DNA of 64,000 nt from Elusimicrobiota bacterium (GCA_041694815.1 JBGFSC010000026.1:1-64000); one strand, 5' to 3'. Numbered from the stretch's first letter, positions 37,826 to 48,240 are shown. A program made the numbers and translations. The notes: generated by a model from the sequence alone, not told the origin.

Positions 37826-38727
37826 TATTTCTTGGGAGCCGGCACCTGGTGATGGATCTCTTCGATGCATCGCAGCAGGCCCTGCCCCAGGTCGGTGTAC
37901 TGCCGCCCGATCAGCTTGCGCCCCAGCCGTGGGGTGAAGGAATAGGGGGTCCGGCAGTAATGCGTGTCGAGCCCCTTGGAGGGGTCGGCCTTCTTGAACT
38001 CGAGCCGGATGCCGCCGCCGAGCATCTCGCTGATCATCTCCATGAGCTCACGCACCTTGATGGCCTGGTGCCCCGTGATGATGAGGTTCTGGTTGGCGTA
38101 TTCCGCCGCCAGTATCTCCACCGAATAGCGCGCGGCGTCCTCGACGTGGATGTATTCGCGCGTCTCGTCGCCGCTGCCGGCGTAGCTCATGCGCCCTTCG
38201 GTGAGGGCCTGGCGGATGAGTCGGTCGACGGTGTTATCGCCCGAGGCGCGGCTGCCGTAAAGCGAGCCGAAGCGCAGGATCGTGTACTCGAGACCGTGGT
38301 AGCGGCGGTAGTTCTCGATGTAGGCCTCGCAGGCCTGCTTGGAGGCGCTGTAGAAGGAGCCCGCCTGGCTGTAGACGTAGAGCGTGCTGGCGAAAACGTA
38401 GCGTTTGACCTTGTGCTTGGCGCAGGCCTCCAGGATGACGCCGTTGCCCAGGATATTGGCGCGGATCGTCGCGAGGGGGTTCTTGTGCGCCTCCTGGAGG
38501 TCCGCGATGCCCGCGAAATTGTAGACGACCTCCGAGCCGCGCACGGCGGCCTCGACGTCCTTGTCGTTACCGATGTCGCCCACGATCACCCGCTGCCCCT
38601 TCTTGGGATAGGGCGAGGGCTTTAAGTCGAACAAGGTCACCCGGTGCCCCGTCTCGCTGAGGGCGTCGGCGACATGGCTGCCCAAGAACCCCGCTCCGCC
38701 GAAGACGACGATCTTGCGTGCATTCAT
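37825..38727 (-). CDS. NAD-dependent epimerase/dehydratase
   Basis: FGGAGFLG, ASTLYVYS, YSASK, REYIHV; start moved to ATG 38727. Confidence 0.88.
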   Translation of the reverse strand: MNARKIVVFGGAGFLGSHVADALSETGHRVTLFDLKPSPYPKKGQRVIVGDIGNDKDVEAAVRGSEVVYNFAGIADLQEAHKNPLATIRANILGNGVILEACAKHKVKRYVFASTLYVYSQAGSFYSASKQACEAYIENYRRYHGLEYTILRFGSLYGSRASGDNTVDRLIRQALTEGRMSYAGSGDETREYIHVEDAARYSVEILAAEYANQNLIITGHQAIKVRELMEMISEMLGGGIRLEFKKADPSKGLDTHYCRTPYSFTPRLGRKLIGRQYTDLGQGLLRCIEEIHHQVPAPKK

Positions 38728-39650
38728 AGTTCCCCCGCGCTGCGCAGTCCTTCGATGAGATTGAGGGCAGCCTCGCGCTCCATCTGCGCGCGGCATTCTC
38801 GCGCCGCCGAGCCCATATGCGGCGTGCAGACCACGTTCGGAAAACGGAGCAACGCGCCGGAGTAGGGCTCCGGATCTAATGCGTCAAGGCCGGCGCCGGA
38901 GAGCCGGCCGGACTCGAGTGCCTCCAGCAGGGCCGCCTCGTCGACGAGCCCGCCGCGGGCGGTATTGATCAAGACGGCCCCCGGCTTTGCCCTCGAGAGC
39001 GCCTCCCGGCCGATGAGAGGCCGATCCCCCGGCGCGTGCAGCGTGATCACGTCGGAACGCTCTAGTAGCTCGGACAATGATACCCGTTGTACCCCTGGCG
39101 CCTCGAAGGGGCGGGGGTCATGCGCCAAGACCGGGCAGCCGAAGGCGCGGCAGAGCTGGGCGACGCGGCCGCCGATGCGGCCGTGCCCGACGACGCCGAC
39201 CGTGCGCGTCCCCAGCAGCGCGCCCAGATGCGGTTTCCATTCACCGGACCTCAAGGCGCGGTCCGCCTCGCAGACGCGGCGCAGCACGGCGAGCATGAGG
39301 CCGACGGTCAGCTCCGCGACGGCCTGCGAGGGGGCGTCGGGCGTGTTGAAGACCCGAATGCCCCATCGCGCGGCGGCCTTAAGGTCCACGTTCTCCAGGC
39401 CGACGCCGCAGCGCGAGATCACCTTGAGATGCTCCTTGGCGCCCTCGAGCACCGCGGCCGTCAGTGGCTCCATGCCGGCCAAGAGCCCCGCCGGACGATG
39501 GGAGGAGAGCAGCTGGGCGATCTCGGCCTCGGTGAGCTTGCGTCGATGCGGGTTCTCGCGCACCGTCAGGCCCGCGCGCAGCAGCGCCTCCTTGGAGGCC
39601 GGGTCGGCGGCGGCGAAACTGGAAGTGCTGACCAATACCGTTTTAGCCAT
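38724..39650 (-). CDS. D-isomer-specific 2-hydroxyacid dehydrogenase (phosphoglycerate dehydrogenase-like, no ACT domain)
   Basis: SRCGVG.ENVD, AVAELT, GHGRIG, INTARG, EP..TPHMGS. Confidence 0.88.
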   Translation of the reverse strand: MAKTVLVSTSSFAAADPASKEALLRAGLTVRENPHRRKLTEAEIAQLLSSHRPAGLLAGMEPLTAAVLEGAKEHLKVISRCGVGLENVDLKAAARWGIRVFNTPDAPSQAVAELTVGLMLAVLRRVCEADRALRSGEWKPHLGALLGTRTVGVVGHGRIGGRVAQLCRAFGCPVLAHDPRPFEAPGVQRVSLSELLERSDVITLHAPGDRPLIGREALSRAKPGAVLINTARGGLVDEAALLEALESGRLSGAGLDALDPEPYSGALLRFPNVVCTPHMGSAARECRAQMEREAALNLIEGLRSAGEL

Positions 39651-40477
39651 CAGGAGATGCGTCCGGATACGCGCCAGGCGTCGAAACGATGCTCGATCTC
39701 GGAGAGCTTCTCCATGCCGGCGACGTTCATCACTTGGCGATCGGCCTGGAAATAGGACCAGAACAGGTCATCGCGGCAGGAGCTCTTGTAGCTGTCGTCG
39801 ATCTTTTTCACCTCGCGCCAGCGCTTCTTCAGGAAGGACTCGGCCTCCTGGTGGAAAGCCCTGCAGCGATTGCCCTCGGGCTCGGCGGCGGCGGGCAGGC
39901 CGAGCTTGCGCCGAGTCATATTGGCGTAGGCGAGGTTGAGGTGGGCATAATCGTAATTGGCGTCGTCGAGCGCCACGACGGAGCCGTCCTTCAAAAAGCG
40001 GTCGGCGCGCTCGAGCTCCCCGCCCAGCACGTCCCAGGTGTGCTCGGAGTCGAAGAAGGCGAGGTCGACGAGCTCGCCCAGCTCGCCGAGCACCTCGATG
40101 CCCACCAAGGGAGAATGGCTGGGTCCCGGGATGAAGCGCCAGTGCTCGCTCACCGGACGGCCGAAATGCGCCGCGAAGCTCTCGCCGGCCACGCCGCGCA
40201 AGAAGGAGCCCTTGGGCCCGACGAGGTCCCAGGAGTAGAGCCGCCCCCCGTGCTTCATGGCGAAATAGAGCAGCGCGAGCGAGGAGGCGCCGGCTCCGGT
40301 CTCGATGAGCACGGGCTTCGTTTTCGGGACGAAGCGCTCGAGCAGGTCGAAGAGCGCCAGGTATTCGGAATCGGGGATCGAATTGACCCAGCGGGGAAGC
40401 ATGCGCTTGACCGCGAGCAGGTACCTCGGCTCGTCTTTGGCGATCTCTTCCTTGCTGCCGAAATAAAAGTCGTACAT
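39650..40477 (-). CDS. class I SAM-dependent methyltransferase (Methyltransf_24-like)
   Basis: IETGAGASS, AFFDSEH, VALDD. Confidence 0.72.
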   Translation of the reverse strand: MYDFYFGSKEEIAKDEPRYLLAVKRMLPRWVNSIPDSEYLALFDLLERFVPKTKPVLIETGAGASSLALLYFAMKHGGRLYSWDLVGPKGSFLRGVAGESFAAHFGRPVSEHWRFIPGPSHSPLVGIEVLGELGELVDLAFFDSEHTWDVLGGELERADRFLKDGSVVALDDANYDYAHLNLAYANMTRRKLGLPAAAEPEGNRCRAFHQEAESFLKKRWREVKKIDDSYKSSCRDDLFWSYFQADRQVMNVAGMEKLSEIEHRFDAWRVSGRIS

Positions 40478-40483
40478 GTTTTC

Positions 40484-41224
40484 CTACAACCAGTCCCCGC
40501 CGCTGACGGCGATCGACTGCCCCGTGATGTAGCCGGCCCGTTCCGAGGCGAGATAGGCGATGAGCTCGGCGACCTCCGCCGGGGTCCCGGGGCGCTTTAA
40601 TGGCACGAGCGACGCCCTCTGGCGCATCTGCCGCGCGTCTTTCTTGAGCCGCACGGTGTGGAACTCGGTGTCGATGAAGCCCGGGCAGACCGCGTTGACG
40701 AGTATTCCCTTCGGGGCTCCCGCTCTCGCCAGGCCCTTGGCGAGGCATTCGATCCCCGCCTTCGCGACGCCATAGGCGATGGTCGAAGGCCCTCCCCCAT
40801 GCGCCGCCGAGGCGGTGCCGGTCAGGATCACGCGCCCGCCCGCCTTCATGCGGGCCATGGCCTCGCGGGCTAAAAAGAACGGGACGGTGAGATTGGTGTC
40901 GAGATCGGAGCGCCACTGCTCGGGCGTGACCTCGAAGGGCCCCGCCGGGGTGATGCCTCCCGAAAGCTGGACGAGCACGTCGATGCCGCCGGCCCAGCGC
41001 ACGAACTCCTTGACTAAGGCCACGGCCCCGGCGGGCTTAGAGAGATCGGCCCCGAAGGCCTTGATCTCGGCCGGCCCGCGGGTCGAGTCGAGGGCCTTTT
41101 GGAGCGCCTTCCGGCCGCGGAAGTAATGGGCCCCGAGGCGGCCCGGGCTTTCGGACAAGGTCTTGAGCAGCTCGCGGCCTATCCCGCCGCTGGCCCCCGC
41201 GATGAGCACACGGGAAACGCTCAT
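40484..41224 (-). CDS. SDR family oxidoreductase
   Basis: AGASGGIG, YGVAK, VNAVCPGFIDT, YITGQ; start moved to ATG 41224. Confidence 0.9.
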   Translation of the reverse strand: MSVSRVLIAGASGGIGRELLKTLSESPGRLGAHYFRGRKALQKALDSTRGPAEIKAFGADLSKPAGAVALVKEFVRWAGGIDVLVQLSGGITPAGPFEVTPEQWRSDLDTNLTVPFFLAREAMARMKAGGRVILTGTASAAHGGGPSTIAYGVAKAGIECLAKGLARAGAPKGILVNAVCPGFIDTEFHTVRLKKDARQMRQRASLVPLKRPGTPAEVAELIAYLASERAGYITGQSIAVSGGDWL

Positions 41225-42039
41225 GCGCTCACGCCTCCCAGGTAATGGAGCTTGAGGGCCTCGACGCCGCGCCGGATGGCGCCCTTCGGGTCCGCGGGGT
41301 CGCGACGCATCTCCAGGCTGACGAACCCGCCATAGCCGCTTTTTTGCAGCGCGCGGCCGATGGGGGCGTGATCGATGCCCTTGGACCCCGGCTCCGAGAG
41401 CCCGGGGTCGGAGGTCTGCACGTGCATGAGCATCTCGCGGTATTTCGAGAACGCGGAGAAGTCCTCCCGGTTCTCGGCCATCGCCCTTCCGTCGAGCTCC
41501 AGGCGGAAATGGGGGTGATCGGCGCGGCGGACCAGCTCGGCGCCCTCCTCCGCCGACACGATGAAGTCGGTCTCGGCGGGGGTTAGGGGCTCGATGAGCA
41601 TGAAGACCCCGAAGGAGCCGGCCCCGCGGCCGGCCTCGTGGAAAAAATCGGCGGCGATGGAGAGGGCTTCCTCGCGGGGCAGCGCGCCTCGGCGCCGGCA
41701 AGGCGGGGAGCCGAACACCAGGGTCCGTCCACCGAGATCCCGGCATAGCTCGCACATCCGGAGCAGATAGTCGAGCGCCTGCCTCCGGCGGCCCTCGCTT
41801 TCAAAGAGGGTCAAGTCGCGGCGGGTAAACAGCAAGGCGTGCAGGCCGACCGCCGCGAGACCCTCGGATTCCAGTCTGGCGCGAGCTTCCCTGCGCTGGG
41901 CCGCGGTGCTTTCGGCCGGCTCGGGCCATAGGAGGCTGGGAGCTAGCTCGACTCCGTCGACCCCCAGTTCGCGGAGCAGGCGCAGGTTGCCCTCGAGGTC
42001 GCCGCCGGCCCAGGCGATGTTGGAGACGGCGAGCTTCAC
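41221..42039 (-). CDS. sugar phosphate isomerase/epimerase (xylose-isomerase-like TIM barrel)
   Basis: KLAVSNIAW, GVELAP, LVFGSP..R, IEP, HVQ.SDP, SLEM; GTG start overlapping the upstream stop. Confidence 0.85.
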   Translation of the reverse strand: MKLAVSNIAWAGGDLEGNLRLLRELGVDGVELAPSLLWPEPAESTAAQRREARARLESEGLAAVGLHALLFTRRDLTLFESEGRRRQALDYLLRMCELCRDLGGRTLVFGSPPCRRRGALPREEALSIAADFFHEAGRGAGSFGVFMLIEPLTPAETDFIVSAEEGAELVRRADHPHFRLELDGRAMAENREDFSAFSKYREMLMHVQTSDPGLSEPGSKGIDHAPIGRALQKSGYGGFVSLEMRRDPADPKGAIRRGVEALKLHYLGGVSA

Positions 42040-42803
42040 GCGGCCCCCCGCGCGGATTCGGCGGGCTCCGTAAAGCCGTGCTTGCGCAGCCAGTATTCGA
42101 CTCCCGGCACCTGCCATTCGTAATCGATGTCGCAGCCGCCCCATTGCTTGATCGGGAGTATCTTGCGGCCCATCCATTTCTGGGGCAGAAGGCCTTCCTG
42201 CATGCGGTCCATGCAGCGGGGCCGCACGACGGAGAGGCCCATGTCGGCGAACCACACGTCGCCCTGCGAGTCGCGGTCGCAATTGAGGGTCTTGGGATCG
42301 CCGAAGGTCTTCAGCGGGACGAAAGGGTCGAGAAAGCCGTCCTTGTTCTCGCGCCGCGCGCGCAGGGGGCTCCACATGTTGTAGCGCGAGACGCTCACCG
42401 CCGAATCGGCCTCCGGCCGGGCGCGGAGGGCCTCGATGGCGCGGTCGATGAGCTCGCCGGAGACTGTCGCCGCGTTGCAGAAGAGCAGCACGAGCATCTC
42501 AAGAGAGGATTTTTCCGACTTAAGCTCCTCGGCGATCACTCGGTAGCCGTGCAGGAAGGCGTCCTCGCCTAAGGCCTGCGGCGTGCAGAGCTCGGGGGGG
42601 CGCGGGATGATGCGCGCGCCGTGCTCGCGGGCGATCTTCTGGATGGATGGGGAATCGGTGGAAACGTAGACGCGGGCTACGGATTTCGAGGCCTTGGCCG
42701 CCAAGAGAGGGTAGCTCATCAGCGGCCGGCCCAGGACCGGGGCGGTGTTTTTTCCGGGATATCCCGTCGAGCCGTCTCGGCCCAGCATCAAGGCGCAGAT
42801 CAT
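42036..42803 (-). CDS. acylneuraminate/ulosonate cytidylyltransferase family
   Basis: GRDGS.G.PGKN, YVSTDS, RPPEL, CDIDYEW. Confidence 0.85.
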   Translation of the reverse strand: MICALMLGRDGSTGYPGKNTAPVLGRPLMSYPLLAAKASKSVARVYVSTDSPSIQKIAREHGARIIPRPPELCTPQALGEDAFLHGYRVIAEELKSEKSSLEMLVLLFCNAATVSGELIDRAIEALRARPEADSAVSVSRYNMWSPLRARRENKDGFLDPFVPLKTFGDPKTLNCDRDSQGDVWFADMGLSVVRPRCMDRMQEGLLPQKWMGRKILPIKQWGGCDIDYEWQVPGVEYWLRKHGFTEPAESARGAA

Positions 42804-42827
42804 GAATCAGCGAATTTTATCAAATTT

Positions 42828-42844
42828 TGTTCAAGAATTGAACA
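42828..42844. promoter_or_regulatory. palindromic operator (copy 2)
   Basis: TGTTCA-AGAAT-TGAACA in the AT-rich spacer upstream of 42803. Confidence 0.7.
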
Positions 42845-42852
42845 CCTAAAAT

Positions 42853-44346
42853 TTAAGAGGCGACCGGTTCCTGCGTAAACCGAGTCGGGAGCCCGGGAGG
42901 ATCGGTGTCGCCCCACCAGCGCTTATAAATGTACGATAGAATCCCGAGCCAAAGCAGGGCCAGGAATGCCAGACGAGAGGCGGCGGCGGCATGCCAGGGG
43001 GTATCCGGCGCGTAGCGAAAGGGACCGATCTGCATCAGCGCATGCTGGCCCAACCCGATTGTCAATAAAAATATAAGCCAGGAATAGAAACGGACAGCCT
43101 TTTCTATTGGCGCATTCTTGAAAAGGTAAGGATGGAGTAGGGCAAAGCCGACGACCGTAATAGTCAGTTGCGAGAGGACGCTGGACCAGGCGATCCCGAT
43201 GAGATCCCAACGGGTTACAAACAGCGCTCCCAACGCCACGTTGATTACGATTCCGGACGCTTGCACCAAGAGATAGGTGTTCTGACGGTTCACGAGCGAG
43301 GAGGTCAATATCATGAAAGGCAAAAGTGGAGCGGTCAAGCACATAAGATTTAGCGAAAGCACATCGAAGACGCCCACTCCGTCCAAGAAGGACGGAGTAA
43401 AGTTAGCCACAAACGGATGAAAAGCCGTTTGCGCCAATCCTGATCCGACGGCCGTCGTGGCCACGATGAGCAGCGAAATTCGTTCGATCTGGTGAACGAA
43501 CGGCTTGAGATTGCCTTCTCGTCCGATCTCGGACAATAGGTTAGCTTGCAGTACATTAAGAAAGTCGGAGATGAACTGGCATCCCTGATTGATGAACAGC
43601 ATGGCGAAGGTAAACAGTCCGAGATGTTCTAACGGCAGCCAGGCGGCTACCATCGCGCGATCGCAGGCGCGAAAACCCCAATACAATACGCCCACGAGGG
43701 ATAGGGGCAATCCAATGCGGAAGAGGCGTCTGAGTTCAACGGTATCCCATGCCGGCCGAAAATCAATCCCCTTTATATACCCATAGAAAATCAGGGCCGC
43801 GATGGAAGCGAGGGTGGGGCCGAGCAGCACGCCGTATAGTCCCAAGTAAAAAGCACCGGCGGCTATTAAAAGGGGCTGCGCGACACGTATGATGAAGTTG
43901 GCGCGGAATATAGCGCTAAAACGTTGGTGCGCCCATTGCATGGTGTCGGTGAATTGGTAGAGCGAATTGGCCACGAAGGACAACGCCGTAAGAGCGACCG
44001 GCAGGCGAAGGCTCGGGTGTCGTACGGCGTAGGCGGCTAGAGCCAGCAGAGGCACGACGAGGAAAAGGCGTTCGGCCGTCTGAGCCACATGGCTGATGTG
44101 CCTGGCTTCTTCGTCTTTTCCCTCCCCGAGCAGGTGAAGCGTCTCCCGGTAGGCGGCCTGGAGTATGCCCGGACGGCAAAGCCCGGCATAGAGTAACCAG
44201 AGTTGCGTAAGGCCGACCACGCCGAGCGCTTCCGGGCCAAGCCTCCGCGCGACGACAATATTGGCGAGGGCCATGAGTACGCCACCGATGACATTAATAC
44301 CAGAGAGCTTTGAGGACGATCGGAAGATGGTTCGGACGCTCAGCAT
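42853..44346 (-). CDS. oligosaccharide flippase (Wzx-like)
   Basis: ARRLGP..G, GLPL, about 12-14 hydrophobic segments; glycan-cluster context. Confidence 0.82.
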   Translation of the reverse strand: MLSVRTIFRSSSKLSGINVIGGVLMALANIVVARRLGPEALGVVGLTQLWLLYAGLCRPGILQAAYRETLHLLGEGKDEEARHISHVAQTAERLFLVVPLLALAAYAVRHPSLRLPVALTALSFVANSLYQFTDTMQWAHQRFSAIFRANFIIRVAQPLLIAAGAFYLGLYGVLLGPTLASIAALIFYGYIKGIDFRPAWDTVELRRLFRIGLPLSLVGVLYWGFRACDRAMVAAWLPLEHLGLFTFAMLFINQGCQFISDFLNVLQANLLSEIGREGNLKPFVHQIERISLLIVATTAVGSGLAQTAFHPFVANFTPSFLDGVGVFDVLSLNLMCLTAPLLPFMILTSSLVNRQNTYLLVQASGIVINVALGALFVTRWDLIGIAWSSVLSQLTITVVGFALLHPYLFKNAPIEKAVRFYSWLIFLLTIGLGQHALMQIGPFRYAPDTPWHAAAASRLAFLALLWLGILSYIYKRWWGDTDPPGLPTRFTQEPVAS

Positions 44347-46106
44347 GACAAAAACCGTGTGCTTTCACCCCTGGATTGTGTCTCCTGTCTGTTGTCGCGC
44401 AATATTTCGCGCACGACCGTGACGGCACGCTCACCGGCGCGTCCATCAGCAAGCCCGGTCCATGCGCTCAAAAAGGAATCATAATCGACCGGGACGGGCT
44501 GTCGTATCCCCTCGGCCAAGGCCGGCGCGAGTGCCTCGATAGTTTCGTAGGCCGGCACGCCGCAATGCCCATCGAAAGGGGGAGCCGTTGGCAGCCTCCC
44601 GAAGTTCGTGACGAAAATCCGTCGCTTGCAGGCCATCGCTTCGGCGAGTGCCGTCGATGTCGAGCCGACGACGATATGTGACTGCCGCAAGAGATCGGCG
44701 AACGGCGCGTCTTTTACGAGACGGACGCGTGGGCCCAGCCGACCGCGTAATGTCTCACGGTAGGCGACGAGATGGTCGCCGCCATGCAATTTTACGAGGA
44801 CTTTGGTATCGGGAAGTTTTAAGAGCAAGTCGACAAGCGGTCCGATATTCTGTTCGATGGGCAGCAGGTTAGCGAGGATGATTACGCAGACCGGCGGGGC
44901 TGGCGGCCACGGACTCCCTTTGACGTACGGGTCAAGGGATAGCAGACCTGTTACATGAATGCGGCGCCTGGGAACCCCGATCGCCGCATATTTGTCTGCC
45001 ATAGACGGGCCTCCGACCAGCAGGTCGGTCGCGTGGGTATCCAGCATTTCGTGCAAGGGGGTTCCGATCACTCCATGGAGCGCGAGGATCGAGGGGATGC
45101 TCCTGCGCCGCGTCTCCCCTAGCAAGAGGCGTTCAGGGGGAGGCGAGTCAAAAGCCACGATGGCGAGCGCGGGGCGCCAATCGTCCAACGCTGATCTCAA
45201 GCGCACCAGCTCTGTCGCTACCTGCGGGATGTCGCGCATAAAGACATCGTCAAGGGCGGCGCGACAGTCCGGCCAGAGGTCTATATCGCCGAATCTAAAA
45301 CGAGCCGCGTATTCTCGGGATTCCGCAAGTCGCCTCCAAGTCCCGGAGATCATTTCTAGCTTGGAAACCTGCCCAGCGGTCAAGGCCTGTTCCGGAGCGG
45401 TCAGGAAGCGCCAGCGGAGGAGGCTGGATTTCAGCCTTCTGATCCCGGGCCATGCATAATAAGAGAGCTCAAGATCGGACGAAGAATTCAGAGAGGCAAT
45501 GAGAGGTTCGAGCGACGGGTAATAAGAGCATAGTATTCTCGCACCGCCGGACTTTCGGGCGAGCAAGTCGAGAAAACGGCGCGCATGCGCGTGTTCGGAA
45601 AGTGGCCACCGGCACATTGCCGTTAGAGAGGGACGCCCGGGTCCGGCCATGACGGGCTCTTCGAGGGGGATACGGAGGCGCTCAGAGACGTTCCGTACGG
45701 AGGCCGCACGGTGGGCTGGCACGCCTCGGTCTATGATTATTCTCTTCGGATGATACCGGCGAATTAGTGCATCGACTTCACGCGCCAGGTGCAGAGCGGG
45801 TCCTATTCGAAAAGGCCATATGAATTCTTCGAGAGCCCATCCGAGGGAAAGGCCTTCAAATATCGTGAAGTCATTGCCATCCCCGTCACGATAGAAATCT
45901 CTTGAGAGTAGGCGGGAGGTGTGAAGGCAATCTTGCGGGTATAGCCAGGGGCGTTCACTGAGTAGGGCCGCCTCGATCCCCAGGCGGCGCGCGTTAACGA
46001 GTGTCAGATCATCGGGACAAATGGCGACGATTCCGCGGGCATGCCCCTTAGGTGCTCGGGATAAAAAATGGAGCTCCATCATGCCCTCCAGAAGTATTCC
46101 AGGCAT
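44340..46106 (-). CDS. GT-B-like protein, candidate nonulosonate transferase
   Basis: LHG, VKLHG, STSTALAEAM, DGRAGER; sits between pseG and the flippase. Confidence 0.55.
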   Translation of the reverse strand: MPGILLEGMMELHFLSRAPKGHARGIVAICPDDLTLVNARRLGIEAALLSERPWLYPQDCLHTSRLLSRDFYRDGDGNDFTIFEGLSLGWALEEFIWPFRIGPALHLAREVDALIRRYHPKRIIIDRGVPAHRAASVRNVSERLRIPLEEPVMAGPGRPSLTAMCRWPLSEHAHARRFLDLLARKSGGARILCSYYPSLEPLIASLNSSSDLELSYYAWPGIRRLKSSLLRWRFLTAPEQALTAGQVSKLEMISGTWRRLAESREYAARFRFGDIDLWPDCRAALDDVFMRDIPQVATELVRLRSALDDWRPALAIVAFDSPPPERLLLGETRRRSIPSILALHGVIGTPLHEMLDTHATDLLVGGPSMADKYAAIGVPRRRIHVTGLLSLDPYVKGSPWPPAPPVCVIILANLLPIEQNIGPLVDLLLKLPDTKVLVKLHGGDHLVAYRETLRGRLGPRVRLVKDAPFADLLRQSHIVVGSTSTALAEAMACKRRIFVTNFGRLPTAPPFDGHCGVPAYETIEALAPALAEGIRQPVPVDYDSFLSAWTGLADGRAGERAVTVVREILRDNRQETQSRGESTRFLSC

Positions 46107-47548
46107 GAGCGGCCCTTGTGCTGTGTTTTCGAGCCAAACTGATAGCCGGCCTTGGAGAATATCCGGATGGATGCCTTATTTTTAGGTAGGATCCGCGCCC
46201 GGATCTGTCGCGCTCCGAGTGCTCGACAAGCGAGCCGAGAGGTTTGCCTCAGCAATTTTGTGCCGACGCCGCGGCCACTAAATGCGGCCGCCACGCTAAT
46301 GGAGACGTCAGCGGTCCGAGAATCATGGACTTCGTAGCGTGCCTGCCCGATCACGGTGCCGTCAAGCTCCATGAGCCATATGCGGCAGTCCCTGGAGCCC
46401 AGGGTCCTCCGATACCAGCGACGGTGCGTTTGAATAGGGATAGGATTTTTTGAAAACGATGTCGCCCGTGACCAAGGATGGTTCGAAAGATGCCAGATCG
46501 CGGCCGAATCCTCCTCGCGGGCCAAACGGATACGCGCGTCTATTGGCCTATCCTCTGAGAGCGCCTTCATGAGTCTGACGACCCGCAGAGCGCCCTGACC
46601 ATCGACAAAGCGCCGTCCATTATGAGAAAGTCGGCGACGGAGAGAAACATCATGCAACAAGCGTTTGACCGCAAGGGCGAAAGCGCCTCGTCTGAGCCTG
46701 GAATATCCGGGCAGGACCAGCGCCGCGCCGATGTCTTTAAGCGCTCGGGTGACGACCAGCTGATTTTCGGTAACGGCGCATAGGATGGAAGGGATTCCCA
46801 TGCGAGCAAGTTCAAGCGCAGTTCCCCCGGCGGCGGATACCCCGATATCCGTCCAACGGAAAAAGGGCGCCAAATTCGCCGGAGACCACGCAATACGCAC
46901 ACGGTGATGCGATTGTGCCGCGAGTCGCGCGAGAAACTCCCGGCGTGGATTTGACGAGCCTACAATAAGGCAGATATTGAGTCGCGGCCGGATGCCATTA
47001 AGTTCCGCTAGCGTTCTCCCCATCAAATTTTTGACATCGCTTCCGCCAGCGGTCACGAGCACGCGATCAGGATGGGCGCGGAATGCTCCGGGCCGGGAGG
47101 TCCAGAATTCAGGCCGTAATAGGGCATAGCGGACACCCGCCAACAGCGTCCCAAAGGGCAGCACATAACCGGACCACTGAGAGCCTTCATTCTGATCCAC
47201 CACTAGATCGGCTGGGTACTGACTCCTAATCGGCGCGTCCGCAAGCACGAGCAGGCGGGCGCCGCGTCGGCGCAGGGCCAGCGGATATGCTGATGGGAAG
47301 TGATACCCATCCAAGACGATCCAGCCCTCCGCCGGGACCCATCGGGTCGATAGCGCTCTGCGCAGGGAGCAAAGGCGAAAACCTTCCGCATGCAGGCGCC
47401 GCCTTAGGGCGGCGGGCATCCGGTGGCTATAAAAGACAACGCGCCCGCCAAAGGCCCTCCATGCGTGCGCCAAGGCCAGGCAACGGAATACATGGCCGTG
47501 TCCGATCGCCTCCGAGGCGTCGGCTCGAATCGAAAGCAGGGGCTTCAC
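46079..47548 (-). CDS. pseG: PseG UDP-sugar hydrolase fused to a PseH-like GNAT domain
   Basis: IRADAS..IGHGHVFRCLALA, LDGY, GGSD, AAGGT..E, ENQ, VDGQGA; C-terminal GNAT with N.ASIRIF.KAGY; GTG start. Confidence 0.87.
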   Translation of the reverse strand: MKPLLSIRADASEAIGHGHVFRCLALAHAWRAFGGRVVFYSHRMPAALRRRLHAEGFRLCSLRRALSTRWVPAEGWIVLDGYHFPSAYPLALRRRGARLLVLADAPIRSQYPADLVVDQNEGSQWSGYVLPFGTLLAGVRYALLRPEFWTSRPGAFRAHPDRVLVTAGGSDVKNLMGRTLAELNGIRPRLNICLIVGSSNPRREFLARLAAQSHHRVRIAWSPANLAPFFRWTDIGVSAAGGTALELARMGIPSILCAVTENQLVVTRALKDIGAALVLPGYSRLRRGAFALAVKRLLHDVSLRRRLSHNGRRFVDGQGALRVVRLMKALSEDRPIDARIRLAREEDSAAIWHLSNHPWSRATSFSKNPIPIQTHRRWYRRTLGSRDCRIWLMELDGTVIGQARYEVHDSRTADVSISVAAAFSGRGVGTKLLRQTSRLACRALGARQIRARILPKNKASIRIFSKAGYQFGSKTQHKGRSCLEYFWRA

Positions 47549-48240
47549 GCCGGCGTGAGCCGCTTGACCGCTTCGAGAGTCTCTCGATAAGGAGGAACTC
47601 GCTCGCCGAGTTTCAGGGCTCGGTAAATCCTTCGCATCTGCTCCATATCCTCCGCCGTATCGACAACCCATCGGAGATGCGAGTTATTCTCACCGTCTTC
47701 CACGGAGTGCGTAATGAAGCGGTCGGGTCTTTCATGCAGGATGTGCCAGGTCACGTGCTCGCGCGATTCTTTGGAGGTCGCGGTCTGGTCCAGGATGAGC
47801 AGAACGCGTGTCCATAGGGCTTCGCTGTCAAGTCCTTTGGGGTAGGTGCGTCGAATGACATTGGAGCAGTACTCCACTTCCTTATGCGCCTCCAACGCCT
47901 CGACGGTGCTATCTACGATTTCGGGATCGATTAGCGGACAATCCGCCGTGAGACGGACCACGAGGTCGGCCTTCGACTCCCGCGCCGCGGCGGCGTAGCG
48001 GCCGAGAACATCGCTTTCGCTTCCGCGGAACCAACGCGCACCTTCCTTTTTCGCAACCCCTACGATCGCGTCGTCACGCGAATCCGTGGTGGTAGCCACG
48101 ACCAGCTCATCGATCCGAGTGCATCTCTTTAGACGACGCAATTGCTGTTCAAGCATGGGCCGCCCTTCCAAATCCATCAGAACTTTCCCGGGAAGCCGCG
48201 TGGAACCCATGCGAGCCTGAAGAATAGCCACTCTCCTCAT
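47545..48240 (-). CDS. SpsF/PseF-type cytidylyltransferase
   Basis: QARMGSTRLPGKVL, RGSESDVL.RY, RLTADCP, REHVT, VDT.ED. Confidence 0.88.
   Translation of the reverse strand: MRRVAILQARMGSTRLPGKVLMDLEGRPMLEQQLRRLKRCTRIDELVVATTTDSRDDAIVGVAKKEGARWFRGSESDVLGRYAAAARESKADLVVRLTADCPLIDPEIVDSTVEALEAHKEVEYCSNVIRRTYPKGLDSEALWTRVLLILDQTATSKESREHVTWHILHERPDRFITHSVEDGENNSHLRWVVDTAEDMEQMRRIYRALKLGERVPPYRETLEAVKRLTPA

Noticed and set aside
38724..39650. serA for serine biosynthesis
   Set aside because: No ACT domain and embedded in a sugar operon, so no symbol was given.
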